A program made the position numbers and the translations under genes. A DNA stretch of 64,000 nucleotides from Craspedostauros australis. Lineage: Eukaryota. The DNA lies in NCBI GenBank assembly GCA_030167865.1, contig JALAGF010004627.1, forward strand, positions 1-64,000, written 5' to 3'. How positions within the stretch are numbered: the stretch's first letter is position 1; the number at the start of each line of letters is the position of its first letter. Below the pieces are notes generated by a model. The model had not been told where the DNA came from, ran no database searches, and saw only the letters and a list, made by a program, of their open reading frames with translations. This document shows, in pieces, positions 49,879-61,000 of the stretch.

Positions 49879-51171
49879 ATGACACCAACGACGTGATCGA
49901 TGCATCAAAAGAAGATGATTGGTGCCATCTGCATCGCGTGCATGTTGGTGGCGACGAACTCACTATCATCACCATCCCCGTCGTCCCCGTCGTCCCCGTC
50001 ATCCTCGCTCCAATGCAGCAGTAACAGCAGCAGCAATGGGAATGGGAATGGGAATGAGAATCACCAACCAATACGGAAGATCGCAATCATCGGCGGTGGC
50101 ATCGCCGGTCTCTCCTTGGCGCATGCCTTCGACAACAACAACGGCAACGATGCACACAACATTCATGTGACATGCTTCGATGCGAGACCAGAATTGGGCG
50201 TCGTCGCAGGTGCGGGTGTGCAGCTCAACAGCGGCATGGCAGTGCTGAAGCAGATCTATCCGTCCCTGCAGCATGCGGTGGCCGATGCCGCGCTGCCGTT
50301 GACGACCGTGCGATCCAAGACCACCAACTGGATCTCATCCAACAAGGAGTTCCAACTGCTGCACTTCAATCTCAGACAGATGATCATGGATGCAGAGCGA
50401 CACCACAACGAAAGCGCTGATCCAGGAGGAAGGCGAGGTCATGGCGTACCATGCTCCATCATGCGAAGAGCGTTGCAGGAGGCGCTGCTGGAGGAGCTGA
50501 AGACGACGCCCGTGCATCTTGGCAAGCAGGTGATGAATGTGGAATGTGACAAGACGGAGGCGCGAGATGCCATCCATCTCGGGTTTGAAGATGGAACGAG
50601 AGAAGAGCCGTACTGGTACGATATGGTGGTGGGCTGTGATGGTGTCAACAGCGTCATCGAGCAGTACATCAACGGCGATGCGCGGTCGCCATCAGACAAT
50701 CAACGCAATTCACCAGCTGTGAACTCTGGTATCCGCATCCGGTACGTCATCCAGGATGTCGCCAAAGAGGACAGCGACAGCAACAGTGGCAGCAGCAGCG
50801 ACGACGGAACGAACAAAATGACACAAGATTCCGTCTTGCAGCAATTCTTTGGCAACGGCGCCTACTGCCTCACTGGCAACTACGGCCAGGTTATCAAACA
50901 CGACACCACCAGAGACTGCTTCATCATCTTCCGCAACGCCTTGCCCTTCTCCAAGCCCGCCGTCAGAAAGGACGATGAGAACGTCGCTTGGAAGGCATCA
51001 TCCGAGGCCGAACGCATCCAGCAACAGGTACGACAGCAGATCGATGATGCCACCAACCACAACACGCAATCACAATCACCCAGCCATCTCCCTTGTTCCA
51101 TCCTACTCATACTCGTCACAACACACTCACATGCACCAGAGTATCAATACTATCTTCATGAGACGTTCTAA
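49879..51171 (+). pseudogene. FAD monooxygenase copy C, 3'-truncated
   Basis: TGA at 49894, but open again from ATG 49900. Compensating frameshifts at about 50395-50455. A deletion at about 51052 fuses the gene to 3' flank sequence and removes the GDAAH motif. Confidence 0.85.
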
Positions 51172-51296
51172 GTACTCCACGAGCAGAGTATTCCAAAGCT
51201 ATGTCGGATCGCATCAACCATCGATGTGTCTTTCTTTTCCACACAACAAGCAGAAGCACCATCAACTTGGACGAGCCGATCCGCTCTCTTGTCATC

Positions 51297-52613
51297 TCAT
51301 GTCCGCTTCAACATCTCACTGCCCTGCAACAGAAGATGGAAAGTCTCGTTCATGGGATCCATGGGACCCATTGCATGCATTGTACCACGACGTTTGCTTG
51401 TTCTCGTCAGCATCTGCCCAAACAGAGCCAGCGGCCGCGGCCATGTTGGAAGGGAACACAGCGCTGCTCTCATCTCGTTGTGATAATTTCGCCGCAAGAT
51501 ACGTTTAACAAGTGTCTTGTACACACGAGCATGTTCGTTGGGCAGGGATAGACCATTGTGGAGATAGGTGAGATTGGTAGTTTCCTCCAAGGCTTGCTGA
51601 AGTGCTTCCATTTGTGCCGAGAGGGTCTCAGGCGGAACCTCAAACATGCCGGGATTCCAGAAGCCTCCGTATCTGAGATATGACAAGCTCTTGTTTCCCA
51701 GGAGCGATATCAACGCATCGAACCTTGTCATCTGCCCTTGTCGCGATACTCTGTTCCAAACATCGGCAACCCCAAGCTTCTTCAGGTGTGATGCATCTGA
51801 AAGGAGTTTGATGATCTGCTCGGTTTCTTGTGAATGGATGTGTTGGGCGCCGTGGACCAGACCGAGATTGATCTTGAGCTTGTTGATGCGCTTGTTTGAC
51901 TGGAATAGCTTTGCCAAGCTATCACAAGTGATACGGGTGCCAAAAAATGATACTTCGGTGACGCTGCAATTGTTTGGAGACAGCCATCTGCACAAATCAG
52001 CGCCCCCATTGGCGAGCTCACAGGAATCAAACTTAACCCACTTCGAGTTTTGGGAGATGTTGAACATGAGCTTGTCGCAATCAACAAGATCACATGAACC
52101 CAAATGCACATGATGTGTCACAAGAGGGATATCGTGGAGCTGCTTCATCTCCACGAAGCATTGACGCAAGTGGATGCCTTCGTCGAATACAGATTTGGGT
52201 GGGTATTTGGCAGCCAATCGAAGTACGAAGCGAATCGCTTGCTTGTCTTCTTCTCCGAATTGGTCATCGTCGCCGAATTCCAGATTCAGGGACCGAATAC
52301 GCATCCGCCTATGCCTCTCGCCAAGCCAATCGCTCAGTAGAACACGAGGTGATAAAGCAACGTTCTTGTGCCGCCGCTTCATCGATTCCAAGTCAGCAAA
52401 GGTGAATCCTGCTTCAATGGCCAAGTCCCAATATTCCATCCGCTTGGGTGTGACACTGTAGCAGTAGATCTGTTCTGCGTGTGGGTACTGCGGAGCGAAC
52501 ACGGTCTTCGGTGGCAGCTCTTTTTCATGGAGTTGTTTCCAGAAAGTCTTGAAGTCTGGATCATGGTCACTGTTGGCATTGGTGTTGGCGTCACCATGCA
52601 TGTTGAAAGCCAT
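51297..52613 (-). CDS. LRR/RNI-like protein, paralog C (438 aa)
   Basis: Intact ORF, colinear paralog of A, B and D. Confidence 0.8.
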   Translation of the reverse strand: MAFNMHGDANTNANSDHDPDFKTFWKQLHEKELPPKTVFAPQYPHAEQIYCYSVTPKRMEYWDLAIEAGFTFADLESMKRRHKNVALSPRVLLSDWLGERHRRMRIRSLNLEFGDDDQFGEEDKQAIRFVLRLAAKYPPKSVFDEGIHLRQCFVEMKQLHDIPLVTHHVHLGSCDLVDCDKLMFNISQNSKWVKFDSCELANGGADLCRWLSPNNCSVTEVSFFGTRITCDSLAKLFQSNKRINKLKINLGLVHGAQHIHSQETEQIIKLLSDASHLKKLGVADVWNRVSRQGQMTRFDALISLLGNKSLSYLRYGGFWNPGMFEVPPETLSAQMEALQQALEETTNLTYLHNGLSLPNEHARVYKTLVKRILRRNYHNEMRAALCSLPTWPRPLALFGQMLTRTSKRRGTMHAMGPMDPMNETFHLLLQGSEMLKRT

Positions 52614-53631
52614 CCTGCTATGTGTTGTCGATGCTGTTTATGGTGGGGGCTGTCGATAGTGTTGGTTGCACAACAGGTAGAGCTGGTAGAGTATGCGGTC
52701 CCAATCAGTTGCGCTTGGATGGCGATTATGAGCTCATCTGCTCAAGCTTACTGTCCTCCATTTCATGATCCTGTGCATTGATCACGAAGCAACATGTCGT
52801 CAGTCAACATGCTTTCATGGACTTGCGCAGTTCCACCCACGGTGTATGGTATGGTATAGTACGACCGTGGACAGCCACATCACGATTCGAAGCTGGCTAG
52901 CTGGCCCACACGATACGACCTTCGATGATGCCCAACTTGGCCACACTGCGGAGTTGTGCTTCTTCATGTGATACCATTGTTTGTGTAACATGAGTAGGTA
53001 CATCCCTCTGTACTGGTCTTGGGGAGTCGACCACGATATTGTTATATTATACTCCGATCGATACAGTTCTTCGGCAGTTGGATGTTATCGAACGACTGCA
53101 AAGGTGGATCCACGATGTGACGAATCCACGATGTGAAGGAATCCACCATGATGACTTCTTTGGTGGACGTCAGAGGCGTTTCTCAGGTTTTGTCGAGAGG
53201 ATGACGACGATGACGATGTTGGTGACACCACTCGTGTTTCAATCGACAACAAACGTATCCAGGACTCATCTCGCCTCACCAAACCATCCGGAACTCAGTG
53301 GTGAATGAATCAATCATCAGTCCGATGATCAACATGGAGCGCGTGCGAGATGATTCGTTGCGTGGCGATGACGATGACGGCGGTGGTGGCGCTGCAGAAA
53401 TCGCTGTGAAATACGTGTACTGATACAGATCACCACAACCGCAACGCTCGCCGATGATCACTGTCACCATCAAGTATCTATTCACAGAGCATACCAATAC
53501 TCTGCCTCTCTCTCTCTCTCTAGAGACTTCGAACACTGTCGGCGTTTTGACTTGGTTCCTCGCTCATTGATCACCCAACCACAGAGACAGCCGCAATCAG
53601 AAGAATCACAACAACGGCAGCATCAGCAACA

Positions 53632-55275
53632 ATGACTCCAACAACGTGGTTGATGCATCAAAAGAGGATGGTTGGTGCCATCTGCATTGCGTGCATCGTG
53701 GTAACAACGAACTCGCTGTCATCACCATCCCCGCCATCTTCACTCCAACGCAGCAGCAGCAGCAACGGGAATGAGAATGAAAATCACCAACCAATACGAA
53801 AGATCGCAGTCATCGGCGGTGGCATCGCCGGTCTCTCCTTGGCGCATGCCTTCGAGAACAACAACGGCAACAATGCACACAACATTCATGTGACATGCTT
53901 CGATGCGAGACCAGAATTGGACGTCGTCGCCGGTGCGGGTGTGCAGCTCAACGGCGGCATGGCGGTGCTGAAGCAGATCTCTCCGTCCCTGCAGCGTGCG
54001 GTGGCCGATGCCGCACTGCCGTTGACGACCGTGCGATCCAAGACCACCAACTGGATCTCATCCAACGAGGAGTTCCAGCTGCTGCAGTTCAACCTCAGAC
54101 AGATGATCATGGATGCGGGCGGCGACACGACGAAGGCGCTGATCCAGGAGGACGGCGAAGTCATGGCCTACTCCATCATGCGGGGAGCGTTGCAGGAAGT
54201 GCTGCTGGAGGAGCTGAAGACGACGCCCGTGCATCTCGGCAAGAAGGTGGTGGATGTGGAATGTCAAAAGACGGAGTTGCGAGATGCCATCTATCTCACA
54301 TTTCAGGACGGAACGAGGGAAGGGCCGTACGATATGGTGGTGGGCTGTGATGGTGTCAACAGCGTCGTCAAGCAGTACATCAACGGTAATATGCGGTCGC
54401 CATCAGACAATCAACGCAATTCGCCAGCTGTGTACTCTGGTATCCGCATCCGGTACGCCGTCCAGGACGTCGCCAAAGAGGACAGCGACAGCAACAGTGG
54501 CAGCAGCAGCGACAACGGAATGAACAAACCTGCACAAGATTCCATCCTGCAGCAACACTTTGGCAACGGCGCCTACTGCCTTACTGGAAACTACGGTAAC
54601 GGTATCAAGCGTGGCACCACCCGATGCTGCTTCATCATATTCCGCAACGCCTTGCCCTTCTCCAAGCCTGCCGTCAGTGCGGATGATGAGAACGTTGCTT
54701 GGAAGGTATCATCCGAGGCCGAGCGCATCCAGCAGCAGATGCAACAGCAGATCGACGATGCCAAGATCCCCACACACACCACAAGGCCCATCATCGACAA
54801 TGCCGATCGTTTCTTTGAGTTAGGGATCTACTTCCACAATCCCTTTACGCGATGGACCAAGGCGATGGTGGCCACCGACGGAAATCGCAACCGCAATGGA
54901 AGCACCGGCGCAGACAAGGCTGCCGTCCTGACTGTCTGCGGTGATGCGGCGCACGCCATGCCACCGTTCCTGGGACAGGGCGCCAATCAGGCCATCCAAG
55001 ACGCCTACTGTCTGGCCAACGCCATTCGCCAATACAATATGCAGTACGATGAACAAGCCGATGGCGGGAACAGACTCGAAGATATTCTGCAGACAGAATA
55101 CAAAGACAAGCGATGGTCCACCACCACGGGCATCACAGCCAAGGCTGGACTGCTGGGGTACCTGGAGGCCTCGTCAGGGCCGTTGGCCAAGTTCCGGGAT
55201 GTGTTCTTCTTCACCATGGACAAGACGGGCGTTGCGAAGAAGATCTTTCTGGATGCTGCCGTTCCGAGGATATGA
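53632..55275 (+). CDS. Group A FAD-dependent monooxygenase (zeaxanthin epoxidase/salicylate hydroxylase-like), the only intact copy
   Basis: GGGIAG, VGCDGVNS and GDAAHAMPPFLGQGANQAIQDA motifs. Signal peptide plus Ser-rich transit-like leader. Confidence 0.92.
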   Translation: MTPTTWLMHQKRMVGAICIACIVVTTNSLSSPSPPSSLQRSSSSNGNENENHQPIRKIAVIGGGIAGLSLAHAFENNNGNNAHNIHVTCFDARPELDVVAGAGVQLNGGMAVLKQISPSLQRAVADAALPLTTVRSKTTNWISSNEEFQLLQFNLRQMIMDAGGDTTKALIQEDGEVMAYSIMRGALQEVLLEELKTTPVHLGKKVVDVECQKTELRDAIYLTFQDGTREGPYDMVVGCDGVNSVVKQYINGNMRSPSDNQRNSPAVYSGIRIRYAVQDVAKEDSDSNSGSSSDNGMNKPAQDSILQQHFGNGAYCLTGNYGNGIKRGTTRCCFIIFRNALPFSKPAVSADDENVAWKVSSEAERIQQQMQQQIDDAKIPTHTTRPIIDNADRFFELGIYFHNPFTRWTKAMVATDGNRNRNGSTGADKAAVLTVCGDAAHAMPPFLGQGANQAIQDAYCLANAIRQYNMQYDEQADGGNRLEDILQTEYKDKRWSTTTGITAKAGLLGYLEASSGPLAKFRDVFFFTMDKTGVAKKIFLDAAVPRI

Positions 55276-55575
55276 GAATGTATGGAACGGTGTGAAATCA
55301 CGATGTGATGCAGATAGGTTCCGTGGACGGCTTTCGCTTTCTGTTAATAGACATTCCATACTTCTCGCCAACCAAAACGCACAGTCACAATCAATCAACC
55401 AACCCCCCTTTCCATCATACTTGTACAACAACACACTCACATTCACCAGAGTATCAATACTGTCTTCATGCGCTGTTCTAATTACTCGCCAAGCAGAGTT
55501 GTCGATGCCTTTCTTTTCCACACAGCAAGCAGAAGCACCATCAACTTGGACGAGCCGATCCGCTCTCCTGTCATC

Positions 55576-56904
55576 TCATGTCCGCTTCAACATCTCACTG
55601 CCCTGCAGCAGAATGTTAAATGTCTCGTTCGTGGAACCCATTAGACCCATGAGATCCATTTCAGCCATTCTACTCCGATGTTTGCTTGTTCTCATCAGCA
55701 TCTCCCCAAACAGAGCCCGTGGCCGCGACCATGTTGGAAGGGAGCACAGCACTGCTCTCGCCTTGTTGCGATGATTTCGCCGCAAGATGCGTTCAACAAG
55801 CGCATCGTACCAATGCTCATGTTCTTTGGGAAGGCTTGGAGAAACGTGGAGATAGGTGAGTTGGGTAGTCTGCTCCAAGGCTTGCTGAAGTGCTTCCATT
55901 TGTGCCGAGAGGATCTCAGGCGGAACTTCCAATATGTCAGGATCCCCAAAGTGACAGTATGTGAGATATGTCAAGCCCTTGTTTCCCAGAAGCGATATCA
56001 ACGCATCGAACCTTGTATCCTGTTGTTGTCGCGATAAACTGTTCCACATACCGTAAATCCTGAGCTTCTTCAGGTGTGATACATCTGAAAGGAGTTGGGT
56101 GATCTGGTCGATTTCTTGTTGTGAGGAGATTCGTTGTCCGTTGCCGTCCCAATTGGAAGTCATGTTGAGCTTGTTGATGCGCTTGTTTGACTGGAATAGC
56201 TTTGCCAAGTTATCGCAAGTGATACGGGTGTCAACAAATGATACTTCGGTGATGCTGCAATTGTTTGGAGACAGCCATCTGCACAAATCAGCTCCCCCAT
56301 CGGCAAGCTTGCGGTGACAAAACTTAACACATTTCGAGTTTTGGGAGATGTTGAACATGAGCTTGTCGCAATCAACAAGATCACATGAATACAAAGCCAC
56401 ACAATGTGCCACAAGAGGGATATGATGGAGCTGCTTCATCTCTACGAAGCGTTGAGGCAAGTGGATGTATTCATCGAATGGAGATTTGAGTGGATGTTCG
56501 GCAGCCAATCGAAGTACGAAGCGAATCGCTTGCTTGTCTTCTTCTCCGAAATGGTCATAGCTGCCGAATTCCAGATTCAGGGATCGAATGCGCATCCGCC
56601 CGCAGCCCCCGTGAAATGAATCGGTCAGTAGAACACGAGGTGATAAAGCAATGTATCTGTGCCACAAATCCATCGATTTCAAGTCATCAAAAGTGAATCC
56701 AGCTTCGATGGCCATGTCCCAGTGTTCCATCCGCTTGGGTGTGACACTATAGCAGTTGATCTGCTCTAGTGGATGACTCTGCACATTGAACACGGTCTTC
56801 TGGTCCCGGCATTTCTGATGGAGTTGTTTCCAGAAAGTCTTGAAGTCTGGATCATGATCGCTGTTGATATTGATGTTGGCGACAGCATCCATGTTGTGGT
56901 TCAT
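55576..56904 (-). CDS. LRR/RNI-like protein, paralog D (~442 aa)
   Basis: Intact ORF. Start placed at MNHNMDAV by analogy with paralog A. Confidence 0.8.
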   Translation of the reverse strand: MNHNMDAVANININSDHDPDFKTFWKQLHQKCRDQKTVFNVQSHPLEQINCYSVTPKRMEHWDMAIEAGFTFDDLKSMDLWHRYIALSPRVLLTDSFHGGCGRMRIRSLNLEFGSYDHFGEEDKQAIRFVLRLAAEHPLKSPFDEYIHLPQRFVEMKQLHHIPLVAHCVALYSCDLVDCDKLMFNISQNSKCVKFCHRKLADGGADLCRWLSPNNCSITEVSFVDTRITCDNLAKLFQSNKRINKLNMTSNWDGNGQRISSQQEIDQITQLLSDVSHLKKLRIYGMWNSLSRQQQDTRFDALISLLGNKGLTYLTYCHFGDPDILEVPPEILSAQMEALQQALEQTTQLTYLHVSPSLPKEHEHWYDALVERILRRNHRNKARAVLCSLPTWSRPRALFGEMLMRTSKHRSRMAEMDLMGLMGSTNETFNILLQGSEMLKRT

Positions 56905-58010
56905 CCTTTTCTTGTCGTTGCTGATTGTTGTTGCTTGTTGCCGTTGGTGGTACGATCGTACGAGTAGAGCAGGCAGAGCTGGTGGAGCAGGTAGAGTATG
57001 TAGTCCCAAATCAGTTGCGCTTGGATGGCGATTATGAGCTCATCTGCTCGAGTTTGCTGTCTTCCATTTCATGATCCTGTGCATTGATCACGAAGCAACG
57101 TGTCGTCAGTCAACACGCCTGCATGGACTTGTGCAGTTCCACCAAGGTGTATGGTGTGGTTCTGTGCGGTGTGGTATGACCGTGGACAGCCACATCACGA
57201 TCCGAAGGTAGCTCGCTTGCTCGCTCGCACGATACGATCTTCGATGATGCCCAACTTGGCCATGCTGCGGAGTTGTGCCTCTTCATGTGATACCATAGTT
57301 TGTGTAATATGAGTACAGTACATCCCTCTGTGATGGTCTTGGGGGAGTCAACCATTATACCATACGAATGCACACTATGTACTTCGGCAGTTGGATGTCA
57401 TCGAACGACTGTAATGGGCGGATCCACGATGTGAAGGAATCACCACGATGACTTCTTCAGTGGACATCGAAGGCGTTTCTTGAGTTTTGTGGTGAGGATG
57501 ATGATGGCGACGATGACGACGATGATGACACCACTCGTGTTTCAATCGACAACAAACGTATCCAGGACTCATCTCGCCTCACCCAACCGTCGGTCCATTT
57601 TGTGACGATGGTGATGGTGACGATGGTGATGCTACGAATCGCGCCGCGGAATACTGATACAGATCGTCACAACTGCAATGCTCGCTGATGATCACCGTCG
57701 CCATCAAATATCTATTCACAGAGTACATCAATACTCTCTCTCTACAGAGAGACAGAAAGACAGTGGCCTCGTCTCGACTCTACAACCCTCTTCCTCGCAA
57801 GAGGCAAAACGAGCATCCACCAGCAAAAGTTGCCGATCCATGCATCCATCCTTACGAGTATACATCGTGAACTAGCATTAGAGTGTTATTGGTGCCCGGA
57901 ACGTACCTACGATACCGCCAACACCGCGTCAAATATGGCACATACATTTTACACAACGATCACCCTTGATCAGCTGGTTCCCCTGCCTGTTATTCCAATC
58001 TCGTCGTGTG

Positions 58011-61000
58011 TTACTCCTCCAACGGCGGGCAGGCGTCGTCTATTGTGCGGGTGGTGCCCGGGAGCGGAGATGGCATGGGATAGTCGTATTTCTGATGACA
58101 AGCGCACACAACTGGCCGATTGGCGGACCCACAGGTGTACGCGATCTCGCAGAGGGCACGCGTGAAATCGTGGCACCCAATGAAGTCGTTGAAGTCGGCG
58201 TTGCACCGGATGTTTTGGAAGTTGTTGGCCACGTCGTCGAATCTTGGCACAAGGTCGCGATCGGGGATGATGTTGAATGTGTACCGGTCTAGACTTTCTG
58301 GCCTGACGGGAGGATCGAATGACAAGCCGGAGATCCTTGCATTAGGTCCCGAAATTGCGACTGCTGGGACCTTCGCCTGGGCACCCGTGATGATCGACAG
58401 CCCACCGCCAAGTGAGTGACCGGTGACCTGGACGTGGTCGAACTTGCCGCTCTCCTTCAATTCCTCGACGAACGGTGTGATGATTCGGTAGAAGGACACG
58501 TCTCCGACAGCTGATGATTCCACTCCGTTCATGAGGAGGACGAGTTCTGGGAGAGTGCGAAAGAAGGCAAAGCGGAAGAAAGGTAAATGGGAAACGCGAG
58601 GAGGGACAGGGTGAGATGGACATGGGATGGCGACAACGACAACGACATGGCAACACGACAACAATAAAACAAGATCCAGTGCGCTTCAAACGAGCAACAG
58701 AGTGGTTTTGAGTGCTGTCGCATCAGGAATATGACCACAACTTCGAGCAAGATTTCGAGCAGCGTTTCCCAGCAGAATGTTCCAGTCGCATTCAGCATGC
58801 TTACCATCCAGGATAGGCGTCCATATTTCACCAAGTGGGAGAATTCCTCGCAGCACCTGCACTAGCATGGCCGCTGACCAAAGCTGGCTATCCGCGAGAA
58901 GATCGAACGCATTCTGCGTGCCGCGGATGCTCACGATGGCGAGGTTGCTTTCAGGGACCGTGAAGAGCTTGAAGTTCGCAGCTGAGTCCACGTTGTTTGT
59001 GCGCTCTCTGTATTCGCTGACCATGGTCGTATCGAGTTTGACACCCTTGTTTGGGAACCAGCCATCCAATTCGTCTTGGACGAGGTCGAGCTTGTTGTAC
59101 GCCAGGCCAGCCAAGAAGCTGTGACGAAGCAGTTGTAGAATCCCGCCACGTGTTGGTGGTGTGCGGCAAGTAGCAGGCAATAGCAGCAGGGGCGGCAGTA
59201 AAGGAAAAAGTGAAAAGTGTGTGAGAAATCCATCGTCACTCTGCAGGCGCATGATCGCAACACCGTCATTCTTTGCACCTTGGGCACAAAAGCATGAGTA
59301 GAGGCACTTACATGTAGTCGCCGATGGTGGAATTGGTACCAAATACTTCATTGATTTCTGGGAGGCTGCAGGTTGGGTACCTCATGTCATCGGGCTGTGG
59401 TGGATAGTAAAAGTCGTTCAGGTACGTGTGCTGGAGGTCGTTGGTGGATTCGGAGCTGGTGCCGATGGACAGGAGGAAGATTCCGACAAAGATCAGACCA
59501 AAGCCCCACAACAATCGAGACCATACGATGCGGCTCTTGTCGTGCGTGATCTTCTTCACCAGATTCGATAAGCGGGATGTGTTGGCCCATCTCTCTTCTG
59601 CCGTGTCGCCGTCGACCAGGTCCATGTTACCTCTCTCTTCGATCGCGACAGCCACGTTCATGTAGTGGCGAAGGCTTGAGTTGAGTGCGACGAATACAAA
59701 GAGTCCAGCGATCGCCCAGTTCCGAAGGTATATGAGTGTGGCAAATGGATAGATGAAGTAGAAGATGTGCTCCAATGCGAACAAGATCCATGCCATGCGC
59801 TCCGTAACCTTGGTGACTCGGTTGTAGTGAGAGACCAGGTAGATTCTGGATATTGGTTGTGTATGGTCGAGGACATGCCATTGCATTGAGAGAGAATGGA
59901 AATAGAAAAGGGATGCGGCGATAGCGAAAATATAATACAGCAATACAGTACAGTCGAGTAGAACAGTGTTCATGAGGTGAGAATGGTTGAACAGCATGGA
60001 GCGCGATCAATACACGGTGGGTGTGCTGTGCCATGACAACTTCCGCAAACATCAACGTCTGCTTCGATCTGGAGACGTCATACATGTGCCCATCAGACAT
60101 CAGACGTACTACTCATCAACCGCGTTGGAGTAGAATATGCCGACTCATTTTCGCCGCAAACTTACCCTTCGCTTGGCTTGGAACCCAGCTTGTCCCATTT
60201 GCGTTTGGAGTCGCCACGCGGCGCAGAGTAAGGTCCGCTGGTTTGCCTCATGCCATCTTCTGCGATGAACGAAACAGCAGGATCGACCTGCGGGGTGGTC
60301 TCCCGCGCGAATGTGACACCGGCCGCTTGCTCCTTCTTTGGTTTGGCTTCCGTCTGGTCCTCTTCCAGGAATTCCCTGGCGCTGGAGTACTCTTTGGTGT
60401 CCTCCGGATCCATTCGAGATTCCTGGTGGCTTGGACCGCCGAAGCGTTGATCGGCCTGTGATTCCGCCATCTCAGGATCATCCTGATTTGCCGCGGCTTC
60501 GATATCATCTCTGCCGTCACCGCGAGAACCTTCGTTCAGAACGATATCAATCGATTTGAGCTGAGCGCCATTGCCTTCGTTGTCATGATCGGGGTCGTCA
60601 CCGTTCTTGTCTTTGTCCTTGATGCCCGTGCGTGCCTGGATGTAGTCTTTGGCCACCTTGGAAAGCTGCCGGGTGCGCTTAAGGACCTTCCACGCCGCCA
60701 GGGCCAGGACGATCGTCGCGACTATGATGAGCGGAAGTTCGGTGTCCAACCAGACGAGGACGGCGATGCACAACCACAAGATGAGGAGGGTTCCGAGGAG
60801 AGAGCACGCTATGTTGCTCTTGATCTGAGAACGGGTGAGGGCACCCGGGCCGTCGATGATGGCGATGTAACGCGAATTGGCGGGTCTGCAAAAGATCCTC
60901 TCCAGTCCCCATGTGGACTTGGTGAGGAAGGGACGGTAGTCCTGGACATCGTCGATTCGAAAAAGTCTTTTGGGCGGATCGAGGGGTTCGAAGAGCTTGA

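Larger units (their letters stand above)
41340..57745. repeat. Four-unit tandem segmental duplication (A ~41340-44910, B ~44910-49800, C ~49800-53553, D ~53553-57745), each unit = monooxygenase(+), LRR-like gene(-), spacer
   Basis: The block GTTCCTC..TTGATC..CAACCACAGAGACA recurs at about 41340, 44920, 49802 and 53555. Four paralogous minus-strand ORFs and near-identical spacers. Confidence 0.95.

Noticed and set aside
41340-57745. Toxin-antidote pair or transposon as an explanation for the repeated cassette
   Set aside because: No transposase, RT, TIR or LTR. The two genes are not co-retained, since the monooxygenase decays in three units.
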